A DNA stretch of 64,000 nt from Verrucomicrobiales bacterium (GCA_015075445.1 JABTUJ010000038.1:11149-75148); one strand, 5' to 3'; shown: positions 40,825-51,105, counted from the stretch's first letter. Notes: generated by a model from the letters alone, not told the origin. Numbers and translations are program-made.

Positions 40825-43230
40825 ATGAAACTCCCGTTCCGCTGCTGGGCCGGCCTGCTGCCCGGCCTGCTGGTGACCGCTTCGCCGGCCGACGCCGGCT
40901 CCCGTTCGTTGCCTCCCCTGGTCCTGCCGCAAGGCGTGGGGGTCAACATCCACTTCACCCGCGGCCACGAGCGCGACCTGGACCTGATCGCCGCCGCCGG
41001 GTTCCGGTTCATCCGCATGGATTTTGTCTGGAGCAGCACCGAACGGGTTCGAGGCGAGTACGACTGGTCGGCCTACGACGAGTTGACCGACCAGCTCGAT
41101 CGGCGCGGTCTCCGGGCGCTCTACATTCTGGATTACTCGAACCCGCTTTACGAAGACACCGTGGTCGCCCGCAACCCCATCAGCGGCCGCGAGGAACGGA
41201 CCACGGCGTCTCCGCAGCAGCCGCAAAGCGTGGCCGCGTTCGCCCGCTGGGCCGCGGCGGCCGCGGCGCACTTCCAGGGTCGCGGCATTCTCTGGGAGAT
41301 CTGGAACGAGCCGAACATCAGCTTCTGGAGGCCGCGTCCCGACGTCGAGCAGTACACGACGCTGGCGCTGGCCACATGCCGGGCGGTGCGGGCAGCCGAT
41401 CCCGAGGCGATGCTGCTGGCACCCGCCAGTTCGGGATTTCCCTGGGAGTTTCTCGAGGCGTTCTTCCGCTCCGGGGTGCTCGCGTATCTCGATGCCGTGA
41501 GCGTGCACCCCTACCGCAGCTACAGTCAGGCACCCGAGACGGTGGCCCGGGATTACCGGCGACTACGGGCGCTGATCGAACGCCATGCCCCGCCCGAAAG
41601 GCGGTCCCGGCCGATCGTGAGCGGCGAATGGGGCTATGCAACCCATGCACGGGGTGGCGTATCGCTCGAGACCCAGGCCGCCTTCCTGGTCCGCCAGCAA
41701 CTCGTCAACCTCCTCCACGGTGTGCCGCTCTCGATCTGGTACGACTGGAAGAACGACGGCCCGGACGCGAACGATCCCGAGCACAACTTCGGGACGGTCA
41801 CGGACGCGCTGGAGCCCAAGCCAAACTACCGGGCGGTGCAGACGTTGACGCGGGAGCTCCACGGCTATCGGATCGCGCGGCGGATCGAGACGGGGCAGGC
41901 GGAGGCCTACGTGCTGTTGTTGGTGAGCGACAAGGGCGCCCCGAAACTGGTGGGCTGGAGCGCCACCGAGAGCCGGCCCGTCGAGCTGCCTTTCCGCGGA
42001 GTCACCGCAGACACCGCAGAGTTGGTGGACGGCTGGGGCGAACGACAAGCTTTTGAAACGTCGTTGCGCAATGCCGGGGAGGCGCTGCGCTGGAATCTCG
42101 GACCGCTGCCTCAATACCTCACGCTGCGTTCGCCCCAACGGGAGCTGTCCGCCGCCGCGGCCTGGCAGGTGGGCCCGATGCCCGCCCTGATCGAGGCCGG
42201 AAGCAGCCAGGGCGTGGACGTGCCGGTGCTGGTGACGAACCCGTTTTCGCAACCCCTGACGGTGAAGGCGAGCCTGCTGGGTTTGGATCCGACCCGCCGC
42301 CCCGTGGCTGAAGGCAGACTGGGCCCTGGGGAATCACAGTTGTTCCGGCTTGCCGTACGGACAAACCAGCGCTGGCCCGCTGAGATCGAAACCCAAATCC
42401 GGGTGGAATTGAGCCTCGAGGCGATCGGGAACCAGTCCGCCTGGCAGGGAACCTGGCACGAGCCGTGGCCCTTCACGCTCGCGAATCCGCTCGACCTGGA
42501 GCTCGCTGCGGTCGCCGGAGGTTACCGGCTGCAACTGCGGAACTCTGCGCGGGACGTCGTGGAGGGGCGAGTTCGTCTGGCGCGTGTTGAACAGGACCTG
42601 CGCCTGACCGAAGCGCAGCCGGAAGTCACGCTCGAGGTCAAGAGCGAGCTTCGCAGCACCGGAGTCCAGATCTGGGATGTCCAGGGCCGGACCATCGTCG
42701 AGACGCCGTGCTGGAGTTTTGTCCCGTTCGACCCGGGGCCGCTCCGCGCCGTGCCCGACGGGGATGGCACCGTGGGGGCGCAAGTCCGGCTGACGATGGC
42801 CGACGCGCCGGGAGGTGGCACAGCGCCCTACCCCAAAGCGTGGCGACTGGACTACGAGTTTGGTGCCGGGTGGCGCTTTGTGCGGGTTGCCCCCACGGCC
42901 CCGGCGAGTTCGATTCTCCTGGAGTTTCCGGAAGCGCTCGGGCTGTGGGTTCACGGCGACCGGTCTGGCAACGCACTGCGACTGAGAGTAACGGACTCAG
43001 CGGGCCAGACCTTCCAACCCGACGGACCGCGCCTGGACTGGACTGGCTGGCGGTGGGTGGAGTTCGATCTGAAAAACCTCAGGTCCGCGGGACATTGGGG
43101 CGGAGCCAATGACGGGGTGGCGCGCGGCTGGCTGCATCTGGACACGCTGCTGCTGGTAGACAGCACGCGCGACCCGACGAAAGGCACCCTCTACTTTGCT
43201 GGCCCGGTGTTGGTGCGACCCGATCCCTGA
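40825..43230 (+). CDS. Clan GH-A glycoside hydrolase (GH5/GH39-like) with C-terminal carbohydrate-binding-like domain
   Basis: GVNIHF, RMDFVW, WEIWNEPN (acid/base), SVHPY, SGEWGY (nucleophile), IWYDW. Confidence 0.8.
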   Translation: MKLPFRCWAGLLPGLLVTASPADAGSRSLPPLVLPQGVGVNIHFTRGHERDLDLIAAAGFRFIRMDFVWSSTERVRGEYDWSAYDELTDQLDRRGLRALYILDYSNPLYEDTVVARNPISGREERTTASPQQPQSVAAFARWAAAAAAHFQGRGILWEIWNEPNISFWRPRPDVEQYTTLALATCRAVRAADPEAMLLAPASSGFPWEFLEAFFRSGVLAYLDAVSVHPYRSYSQAPETVARDYRRLRALIERHAPPERRSRPIVSGEWGYATHARGGVSLETQAAFLVRQQLVNLLHGVPLSIWYDWKNDGPDANDPEHNFGTVTDALEPKPNYRAVQTLTRELHGYRIARRIETGQAEAYVLLLVSDKGAPKLVGWSATESRPVELPFRGVTADTAELVDGWGERQAFETSLRNAGEALRWNLGPLPQYLTLRSPQRELSAAAAWQVGPMPALIEAGSSQGVDVPVLVTNPFSQPLTVKASLLGLDPTRRPVAEGRLGPGESQLFRLAVRTNQRWPAEIETQIRVELSLEAIGNQSAWQGTWHEPWPFTLANPLDLELAAVAGGYRLQLRNSARDVVEGRVRLARVEQDLRLTEAQPEVTLEVKSELRSTGVQIWDVQGRTIVETPCWSFVPFDPGPLRAVPDGDGTVGAQVRLTMADAPGGGTAPYPKAWRLDYEFGAGWRFVRVAPTAPASSILLEFPEALGLWVHGDRSGNALRLRVTDSAGQTFQPDGPRLDWTGWRWVEFDLKNLRSAGHWGGANDGVARGWLHLDTLLLVDSTRDPTKGTLYFAGPVLVRPDP

Positions 43231-43246
43231 CCCGCCCACGACCCAT

Positions 43247-43362
43247 TGGGGTCGCATCTTAACATTTAACAATCGGGGCAGCTCACGGGAAGATCGTCGT
43301 CGTCCCGGGCACGGCGGAAGGCGAAGATCTGGCCAATTGTTAAATGTTAAGATGCGACCCCA
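43247..43362. mobile_element. Second 116-bp MITE/REPIN-like element with the same 25-bp IRs
   Basis: IRs at 43247-43271 and 43338-43362. Confidence 0.8.
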
Positions 43363-43442
43363 AGAATCATGCGGAAAACCGGGAACATGCGTTTGACCCT
43401 TGCAAACATTGGATTTTCCTTGTGTCCGTTGGGCGAACTTGG

Positions 43443-43519
43443 TGGCACCCCCGCCGCGATTCGAACGCGGGACCCTCTGCTTAGAAGGCAGATGCTCTAT
43501 CCAACTGAGCTACGGGGGC
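43443..43519 (-). tRNA. tRNA-Arg(UCU), 77 nt, CCA encoded
   Basis: GCCCCCGTAGCTCAGTTGGATAGAGCATCTGCC-TTCTAA-GCAGAGGGTCCCGCGTTCGAATCGCGGCGGGGGTGCCA. Confidence 0.97.
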
Positions 43520-43529
43520 AACCAGACGC

Positions 43530-43737
43530 AGGCACGTCACCCACAGACCCGGTAAGCGCCGCACCCCGATGTCGGGATCGCCTCCCGGCACGTGGCCCGA
43601 CGCCGGTTCCGGACCCGCGAAGAGGCCCGGAACCCGCCAACCGCGCGCGCCGCAAGACGCGGCAGGCATTCCGTCCCCGGCCCGTCGGCCGGGCGGCCAC
43701 CGCTCGAAGGCCCGATCCTGTGTGGGACGTGACATCC
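43530..43737 (-). ncRNA. Candidate rod-shaped structured RNA (6S-like?) upstream of tRNA-Arg
   Basis: Ends pair (12/14 WC, then G-U pairs); nested stems; apical hairpin GGTTCCGGGCC/GGTCCGGAACC; TTGCCG..CATAGT promoter-like sequence just upstream. Confidence 0.35.
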
Positions 43738-43831
43738 AAGTCGTACTATGGCCGCCGACGGGTGACCGGCAAGCGGATTCACTGGGCCGCTGCGCGCTGG
43801 CTTTTTCCGGGGCGTCTGGGAGGATACCGCC

Positions 43832-44908
43832 ATGCAGAGCAGTCCTGATTCAGCGGCGGGGTGGCTGGTTCTCTTCTGTGGTCTGGCGTTTCTGGCGGCG
43901 ATGGGCGGCGGCGCGCTCCCCACGTTGGTCCGCCTGACCCACACCCGGCTGCAGGTGGCGATCAGTTTCGTTTCGGGACTGATGCTGGGCCTCGGCGTGT
44001 TGCACCTGCTGCCCCATGCGGCGGGTGAACTGCGCTCGGTGGACCAGGCGTCGGCCTGGTTGATGGCCGGGTTCCTCGTGATGTTCATCCTCCAACGATT
44101 CCTCGACTTTCATCATCACGACGTGCCCGAAACTGAGTCTGAGCACGCCCACCACGGCGGCTGCCAGCACCATCACGAGGCGGCGCCAGTCGCGGCGGGC
44201 GGTCCCGCCCGACCGCTCGACTGGGTGGGAATTGCGATCGGGCTCTCCATTCACTCACTCTTCGACGGCCTGGCGCTGGCATCGGCGGCGGTGGCGGGGC
44301 AACAGGGACACGGGATGGCGCTCGCCTGGGGCACGGCGCTGGCCGTCATCCTGCACAAGCCTTTCAGCGCCCTGGCGATCACCACGCTCATGGCCGCCAG
44401 CAACGCGCCCCGCCGGTGGCATCATCTGGTGAATGCCGCCTTTGCCCTCGTGACCCCCATCGGAGCCGTGCTGTTCTTTCTGGGCGGGGCGGAGTTCGCC
44501 GCGGCCCACCCGGCGGTGTTGGGGGCGGCCCTGGCGTTTTCCGCCGGCACGTTTGTGTGTGTCGCCTGCGCCGATCTGCTGCCCGAACTGCAGTTCCACT
44601 CGCACGACCGGATCAAGCTCACCGTGGCTCTGCTGGTCGGGTTGGCGGTGGCCGTGCTCATCGGGCGGTTTGGTCACGCTTCCCATGACCACAATCACCT
44701 CGAGGACGCCCCTCACGACCCGTCGCATGGTCATGACCATGATCACGATCACGACCACGACCACAACCACGATCACGATCACGGCGGGATCTGGCCGGGC
44801 TGGTCTGGCGACGGTCTCGCGGTTGCCAATTTCTCCTGGCCCGCGCCGGGTGTTACGACACGAACTTGCCCGGGTTCAGAATGCCCCGGGGATCCAGGGC
44901 GTGTTTGA
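43832..44908 (+). CDS. ZIP family metal transporter with His-rich loop and HD-repeat tail
   Basis: LHLLPH, SIHSLFDG, ILHKP, DLLPEL; HDHDHDHDHDHNHDHDH. Confidence 0.88.
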   Translation: MQSSPDSAAGWLVLFCGLAFLAAMGGGALPTLVRLTHTRLQVAISFVSGLMLGLGVLHLLPHAAGELRSVDQASAWLMAGFLVMFILQRFLDFHHHDVPETESEHAHHGGCQHHHEAAPVAAGGPARPLDWVGIAIGLSIHSLFDGLALASAAVAGQQGHGMALAWGTALAVILHKPFSALAITTLMAASNAPRRWHHLVNAAFALVTPIGAVLFFLGGAEFAAAHPAVLGAALAFSAGTFVCVACADLLPELQFHSHDRIKLTVALLVGLAVAVLIGRFGHASHDHNHLEDAPHDPSHGHDHDHDHDHDHNHDHDHGGIWPGWSGDGLAVANFSWPAPGVTTRTCPGSECPGDPGRV

Positions 44909-46232
44909 TCTGGCGGTGCAAGCTGCGCACCGCTGAATCCGCGGCCAACGGCCACCACCGCTGTTTGGCGAGGCCGATGCCGTGTTCCCCGGTGACGACC
45001 CCGCCCCAGGCGAGCACCTGGCGGAACAGGGCGTCCAAGGCGCGCTGACTCCGCTCCTTCGCGCCGGGTTGGGCGAGGTCCACCATCACATTCACGTGGA
45101 TGTTGCCGTCGCCGGCGTGACCGAAGCAGGCAATCGGGAGGCCCGAGCGTGCCTGGAGATCCTCGGCGAACTGGAACAGGTCCTCCAGCCGGCTACGCGG
45201 CACCGCCACGTCTTCGTTGAGCTTGGTCAGCCCGGTGTCGCGGAGGGCATAGGAGAACTCGCGGCGGATCTGCCACAAGCGCTCGCATTCGTCCGCGCCG
45301 AAGGCCCGCTGCACGAAGCGCGTTTCGGCATTGCGGGCGACGGCCGCCAGGCGTCGAAGTTCGGCCCGGACGGACGCCGGCTGGCCGTCCAGTTCGACGA
45401 TGAGGAGGCCTTCGCAACCGGCCAGGCGACGGCTGCCCGTGCGGCGCTGGGCGGCAGCCAGCGTGAACTTGTCGGCAATCTCCAGCGCGCAGGGGAGGAA
45501 CCCGGCGGCGAAGATGTCCCGCAAGGCGCGGGCAGCGGCCGCCATCGAACGGTAGCCCACGCAAAGGCAGGCGCGCGCCGGCGGGAGCGGCAGCAGCTTG
45601 AGGGTCGCCTCGGTGATCACGCCGAGCAGCCCCTCGGAACCGACGAAGAGCCGGGCCAGCTCGAAGCCGCTCTTGTTCTTGTGCGTGCGGCTGCCCAACC
45701 GGGCCACGGTGCCATCCGCCAGCACGACCTCGAGTCCCAGGACGTAGTCGCGCGTCACACCGTACTTGAGGCAGCGCGGCCCGCCGGCGTTGGTGGCGAT
45801 GTTGCCCCCAATCGTCGAATCCGCCCGGCTGGCCGGGTCGGGCGGGTAGAACAACCCCCGGGCCTCGACGGCATCTTGCAGCGCTTGGGTCGGGACCCCC
45901 GGCTGCACCACGGCCACGAAGTCACCCGTATGGATCTCCTTGATGCGTCGGAGCCGGGCGAGGGAGAGGGCGATGCCCCCCTGGACCGGCACACACCCTC
46001 CGACGTACCCGTGGCCCGCACCCCGGGGCGTGATCGGGATGCGATGCGCATGGGCGAAACGCAGGATCCGGGCGACAGACGCCGTAGTGCGCGGCAAGGC
46101 CACAGCGTCCGGCTCATGCCGGGCGAACCATTTATCGCCCGCGTGAGCGGCCCGAGTGGCTTCGTCCAGGCGCAGTTCACCCGCGGACAACTCGCGGGCC
46201 AGGGATCGCAACCGGGCAGCCGGCGCGGTCAT
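44853..46232 (-). CDS. FAD-linked oxidase, GlcD/D-lactate dehydrogenase family
   Basis: YPPDPAS, IGGNIATNAGG..KYGVT, GSEG.LG, GHAGDGNIH, GEHGIG, DPRGILNPGK. Confidence 0.9.
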   Translation of the reverse strand: MTAPAARLRSLARELSAGELRLDEATRAAHAGDKWFARHEPDAVALPRTTASVARILRFAHAHRIPITPRGAGHGYVGGCVPVQGGIALSLARLRRIKEIHTGDFVAVVQPGVPTQALQDAVEARGLFYPPDPASRADSTIGGNIATNAGGPRCLKYGVTRDYVLGLEVVLADGTVARLGSRTHKNKSGFELARLFVGSEGLLGVITEATLKLLPLPPARACLCVGYRSMAAAARALRDIFAAGFLPCALEIADKFTLAAAQRRTGSRRLAGCEGLLIVELDGQPASVRAELRRLAAVARNAETRFVQRAFGADECERLWQIRREFSYALRDTGLTKLNEDVAVPRSRLEDLFQFAEDLQARSGLPIACFGHAGDGNIHVNVMVDLAQPGAKERSQRALDALFRQVLAWGGVVTGEHGIGLAKQRWWPLAADSAVRSLHRQIKHALDPRGILNPGKFVS

Positions 46233-46450
46233 TGAGGGTTGTCCTTCGGAGCGTCGATCAGGGAGCGGGCATCGGCGGCGTTGACCTCCGGGACATCGAC
46301 CAGGAACTCGATCCCGGCGATCCCGGCGCTGCCGGCGAGGTTTGATTTCTCGTTCCGGATGGTGGCGGGAATGCCAGCGGCATCGAGTCGCGACCGAACC
46401 ACCTGCGCCTCGGCATCCCGGAACGTGCGAAAGACAGTGACCAGTTCCAT
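46229..46450 (-). CDS. DUF2007-like putative signal-transducing protein
   Basis: LVTVFRTF..EAQVVRSRLDAAGIP..V.E..A..AR; stop overlaps next start. Confidence 0.7.
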   Translation of the reverse strand: MELVTVFRTFRDAEAQVVRSRLDAAGIPATIRNEKSNLAGSAGIAGIEFLVDVPEVNAADARSLIDAPKDNPQ

Positions 46451-46481
46451 GGCCGAAGGCTACGCCCGGCGCGGGCGGGCT

Positions 46482-47144
46482 TCAAGCGAGGGGGTCATCC
46501 GTGGCGTCGTGGGCGTCCGCACTGGGGCGACACTCACCCGTTTCCCCCATCGGCGGAACGTCCCCTTCCGAGAAGTGCACCACCTGGTACCGATGAATGG
46601 CGGCATCGCGACGACGCCAGTCGTCCGGACCAACACCGGCCTTGAGGGCGAGTTGGCTCAGGAACCGGATCTTGTCGGGGAGCTTCTCCCACACTTGCGG
46701 CAGATAGGTGGCCCGCCGGTCGCCCAGGCGGAGCAGCACGCCATCGCGACCCGGTTCGAGCTGGTCCAGCAGGTCCTGCGGTGAGCGGAACCGCACCAGC
46801 TCAGGGGGGGAGAGCACGCTGATCTCGATCTCGATGGTGTCGAGTTCCTCCGCAGCCACGGGCGGGAAGCGGGCGTCCTGGGTGGCGGCGACGCGGGTGT
46901 TCTCGACCACGGCCCGCCAGAGCGGCCAACGCGGCTCGACGTTGCCGATGCAGCCCCGCAACTGTCCCTGCTGCGTCAGCGTGACGAAGCAGCCCAGGCT
47001 GCCGTTGAGCCGCGGCGGCAGCTTGCATGCCTCAAAGCTCGGCACGACAGTCCCTGCGACGGTGCATCGCAAGGTCTCACGCGCCAACCCGAGGAGCAGG
47101 AGCTGTTCGTCGGCATTGAGTTGGGGTTCGCTTGAGCTGGACAT
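46482..47144 (-). CDS. amrA: AmmeMemoRadiSam system protein A (AMMECR1 family)
   Basis: GCFVTL..LRGCIG, DARFPPV..EL..EISVLS, ATYLPQVW, L..KAG. Confidence 0.9.
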   Translation of the reverse strand: MSSSSEPQLNADEQLLLLGLARETLRCTVAGTVVPSFEACKLPPRLNGSLGCFVTLTQQGQLRGCIGNVEPRWPLWRAVVENTRVAATQDARFPPVAAEELDTIEIEISVLSPPELVRFRSPQDLLDQLEPGRDGVLLRLGDRRATYLPQVWEKLPDKIRFLSQLALKAGVGPDDWRRRDAAIHRYQVVHFSEGDVPPMGETGECRPSADAHDATDDPLA

Positions 47145-47239
47145 GATGAACCGGACCGACGCGTTTCTGCCGCCATGGCTCCCGCGAAGCAAGTCGATTG
47201 GCCACGGCATTTCCGTGCCCGGGCCCGCCGGCGTGTCGC

Positions 47240-48557
47240 TCAGACCGGGGGCGTGTCGAGCAAGGGCGCCGGGTCACGCACCGTGAACCAAGTGGCCGCC
47301 GCGGCCAGGAGGATCCCGCAGACACCCGTGAGCGCCAGCAGCAGCCGCAAGGCGAGGAGCGGCTCAAGCGTGGGCAGCCAGGTGCGCGCGGCGAAGAGGA
47401 GCCCCAGGTAGGCCACGCCGACGGCCACCAGCCAGGGCACGACCTGGAACCGCTCCCGGGCCAGCAGGTTGTTGATGAGCACATTGGCCAGCGTGAGTGG
47501 AACCATCGCCCAGGCGAACCAGGGCACCAGCGGAGCCGCGGCCCAGAACGCGGGTTTGCTGAAGAACACCAGCCGCAACGGCCACTCCGGCAGCAGGGTG
47601 CAGGCAATCGCCCCCAACACACCTCCACCCGCCGTTGCCACCAGCGCCATCGGCATCGCCCGCGATCGCCGCGTGAGCGCCGCACTCCGCGCCACCTTCG
47701 GGAACATCACCTGCGCCAGCGGCATCGCGTACATCATCAGCGCGAGCCCGACCAGCGCCGCCGGCATGTAGAGTTCCTGGGTCGATTCCGGGAACACGCT
47801 CCGGACGTACATGACATCCACCGTCGTGAACAGGAGCACGGTCCCCGCCCCCAGCGTCAGCGGAACGATCCGCCGCAGCCAGGCCCCCCAGGCGACCGGG
47901 GCGCCCGGACCGCGCAACACGTCCCGGATGATCCACGCACACAGTCCGGTCGCACCCGCCAAACCGATCAGCGCCCCGGTCATCCCGCCGGCCGCCTGCC
48001 CTCCGAGGAGCAGAATCACCGTCACCATCGTGAAACGCCCCGCCCCATCCGCGATCAGGGCCGCCCCCAGCCCGGCAAAGTGTTGGCGACCCTGCACCAC
48101 GCCGCGGAGGATCGGCCCCCACAAGCAGCCCAACCCCATCCCCAGCGTGGCCCAGAACGCCGCCGGATCCGGAATCGCCAGCGTCCGCAGCAGCCACGGC
48201 TGCACCAGCCAGCTCAGCCCCACGACCGCCAGCCACAACAGCAGCGTCGCCTTCAACAGCGCCCGGCTCGTCCCCGTCAGCTTCCGCTGCAGCTCCGGCG
48301 TCACCGCCGCCGCCGCCTGGTGCGTGAAGACCGTCTGCAGCCCGATCGTCGGAATGCCGAGCAGGAGATAGAACCGCAGCAGGGCGAAGAAGACGATGTA
48401 CTCGTCCCGGTCCATCCAGCGCTGGGCCACAATCTGGGTGGCCAGCATCAGCGCTCCGCTCACTCCGGTGGCCAACACCAGCCAGGTCCCCTGACGAAAG
48501 AACGCGGCGTGGCTCTCGCCCGGGTGTTCGGCTGGTGCTGGTGCGGAAGGGTTCATC
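47240..48557 (-). CDS. Polysaccharide flippase / MATE-like membrane protein
   Basis: About 12 TM segments; VMFPKVA; adjacent to a GT4 gene. Confidence 0.7.
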
Positions 48558-48603
48558 ACTGGAGGGGCGCCGGCCACCGGGGCCGCCCGCCCGGTCATCC
48601 CTT

Positions 48604-49827
48604 TCATGGCGGCAGATCCCCCGGCGTTGAGCCGGGACGCCCGGCCCACTCGACCACGTCCGCGGCCCGCCGGCAGATCACCGGCCAGTCCAGGCGTTCC
48701 CGCACCCGACGCGCCGCCGGTCCGGCGAGGGCCGCGCGATTGGCCCACGGCTCCCGCAGCCAGGCCAACAGCGTGTCCCCGAAGCTCGCCCCATCAAACC
48801 GCGAGAACCGCAGGAGCGGCTCGTCGTGGAAATACCGCCGCAAACTGTCCAACGGGGTGCAAACGGCCGGCAGGCCCACCGCGAGATACTCGACCACCTT
48901 CGCCACGAAAGCGCAGTGAGTGCCGGCCGATTCCTCGTAAGGCACCATGCCCACCGTGGCCGTGGCCAGATGGCTGGCGATCGCGTCGTAAGGGACAAAC
49001 CCCAGGTGACGCAGCACGTCGGCCACTCCCTGGCGGCGGGCCCGGCGGAGGAAGGCGCGCCACGCCTCGGTCTCGCTGCCGAGGAATTCGAAGCGCACGT
49101 CCGGCCGGTCCGCCCGCACCCGGGCCATGGCTTCGAGGGCGATGCGCTGCAGGTGATGATGGTCAAAAGACCCATGCATCACGATCCGTGGCGGCCCCTG
49201 GGCGCGCGCGGCGACCGCCTCGGCACGGAACGGAAACGCCGTCGCGTCGTAGCCGTAGCCCAGGGGCCGCAGTCGCGTCGTCGGATAGCCCGCTGCGGCG
49301 AACCGGTCAGCCAGCGTCTCGGACACCGTGAGCACCGCCTCGGCCTGGAAACGGTGCGGCAACGAGAGTTCGTAGCGCTTCAGCACCGCCAGCAACGGCG
49401 GCGGCATCCGCCACGCCGGCCAGGTCTCCAGGAACCCGGTGAGGTGGTCCAGGAAGTTCATCACTACGGGCACCTGCAACGGCTGCCTGAGCCGGCCCGC
49501 CGCCACCGCCGCGATCGCGTGCTGCGAGAGCAGGACATCGAAGCGCGTCTGCCTCGCCGCCGCGGCCACCTGACGGGCCAGGGCGGCCGGGTAGAGCAGG
49601 TACTTCACGTTGCGCAGGCGCGTGTAGCGGCCCATGCGCCACCGCGTGAACCGGTGCAGGCGAATCCCGAACGTCGCGGCCACCTCGTCCGGGCGCTCGT
49701 CCTGCGGGCCGAACACGTGAACCTCGTGCCCGCGTCGCACCAGTTCCCGCACGAGATAGGCGGCCTCGGCCGATCCGCCGCCGCTCGGCGGGTGGAAGGG
49801 TTCGTGCGTGAGGAGGGCGACACGCAT
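48604..49827 (-). CDS. Glycosyltransferase family 4
   Basis: MRVALLT..PPSGGG..LVRRGHEVHV; KVVEYLAVGLPAV. Confidence 0.85.
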   Translation of the reverse strand: MRVALLTHEPFHPPSGGGSAEAAYLVRELVRRGHEVHVFGPQDERPDEVAATFGIRLHRFTRWRMGRYTRLRNVKYLLYPAALARQVAAAARQTRFDVLLSQHAIAAVAAGRLRQPLQVPVVMNFLDHLTGFLETWPAWRMPPPLLAVLKRYELSLPHRFQAEAVLTVSETLADRFAAAGYPTTRLRPLGYGYDATAFPFRAEAVAARAQGPPRIVMHGSFDHHHLQRIALEAMARVRADRPDVRFEFLGSETEAWRAFLRRARRQGVADVLRHLGFVPYDAIASHLATATVGMVPYEESAGTHCAFVAKVVEYLAVGLPAVCTPLDSLRRYFHDEPLLRFSRFDGASFGDTLLAWLREPWANRAALAGPAARRVRERLDWPVICRRAADVVEWAGRPGSTPGDLPP

Positions 49828-49832
49828 CACGG

Positions 49833-50963
49833 TCAGGGCAGGGAACGCAGGAACCGGGTCAGTATCGCCGCCGCCTGTTCCACCTCCCGCAGCCCCACCC
49901 ACTCGTCGGCCGTGTGCGCTTGCGCGATGTCGCCGGGTCCGAACACCACGCTCGGGATGCCTCCGTGACCGAGCACGGACGCGTCGCAGAAGAACTGCAC
50001 GCCGCGCGGCTGGCGTTGCCCGACGCAGTCCATGAAACGCCGCACGAACGGGAGGTCCGGGTCCGTTTCCAGCGGCCAGCACGGAGCACCTTTGTGGTCG
50101 GCCACCGTCGCCCGCAACCCGTGCAGCCGCAGCAGGGCGCGCACCTCCCGCACGACGCTGGCCACGCTCTCGCCCGGCAAGGTCCGGCGGTCCACGGTGA
50201 TCTGGCACCGGTCGGGCACGATGTTGGGCTGCGTGCCGCCGGCGATGCTGCCGACGTTCACCGTGGCCCGCCCCAGCAGGGGGTGGGTTTGTGGACGCAG
50301 CATCGCGGCGTACTCCGTCTCGATCGCCTCCACCACGCGGGCCATCTCCAGCACGGCGTTGCGACCCAGTTCCGGACGCGCGCCGTGGGCGGCCTTGCCC
50401 CGCGTCTCGAGTTGCAGCCAGACGTCCCCTTTGTGCGCCGTGATGACCTGCAGTCGGGTGGGCTCGCCGACGATGGCCAGGTCCGCTTTGAGGCGGGCCG
50501 CGGCCAGCGCTCGTGAGCCGCTCTGGGCATGCTCTTCATCCACCAGCGCCGTAAACAGCACCTCCGTGCTCGCCGGCCGGCGCCCGCGGCGCGCCACTTC
50601 CCCCAAGGCGCTGAACATCGCCGCCACGCTGCCCTTCGTGTCGCACGCCCCGCGCCCGTGCAACCGCCCCTTCCGCCGCACCGGCCGGAACTGCTCGGGC
50701 GAAGCCGCCACCGTGTCCAGGTGGGGCGCCAGGATCACTCGCTGCCGCCGTCGCCCCGAAGGTTCCAGCCGCACCCAGAAGTTGTCGCGGCCCGGCAACA
50801 CCGACTGCCGCTCAACCCCCAACCCCCATCGATCAGCCAGTGCTGCCAACCACGCCCCCACCCGCTCCTCTCCGCCCAGGGGATCACCCGCCGGCAGAAA
50901 GGCCGGGTTCACGCTGGGCAGCGCCACCAGTTCACGCAGCAAACGGATCGGGTCCATGGGCAT
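49833..50963 (-). CDS. M20 family deacylase (ArgE/DapE-like)
   Basis: HLDTV, GRGACDTKG, DEE, GEPT, GPG....AH..DE. Confidence 0.9.
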   Translation of the reverse strand: MPMDPIRLLRELVALPSVNPAFLPAGDPLGGEERVGAWLAALADRWGLGVERQSVLPGRDNFWVRLEPSGRRRQRVILAPHLDTVAASPEQFRPVRRKGRLHGRGACDTKGSVAAMFSALGEVARRGRRPASTEVLFTALVDEEHAQSGSRALAAARLKADLAIVGEPTRLQVITAHKGDVWLQLETRGKAAHGARPELGRNAVLEMARVVEAIETEYAAMLRPQTHPLLGRATVNVGSIAGGTQPNIVPDRCQITVDRRTLPGESVASVVREVRALLRLHGLRATVADHKGAPCWPLETDPDLPFVRRFMDCVGQRQPRGVQFFCDASVLGHGGIPSVVFGPGDIAQAHTADEWVGLREVEQAAAILTRFLRSLP

Positions 50964-51105
50964 CCCCGCCCTCAGCGCGAGGCCGGGAAGCGCGCAGTGT
51001 GCGGCACGGGGGCCTGCCCGGCAAGCATCCAAGCCCACAGCATCCAAGCCCACGCCCTCCCACGCGGGGCGTGAGACAGAATCCCGGCTGCCTCGTCGGC
51101 TGATC

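Noticed and set aside
39544-43362. 25-bp repeats as a CRISPR array
   Set aside because: Copies are inverted pairs separated by kilobases, with no regular spacers and no cas genes
44730-44785. CACGAY repeat as a DNA-level element
   Set aside because: Explained by the His-Asp metal-binding tail of the ZIP transporter
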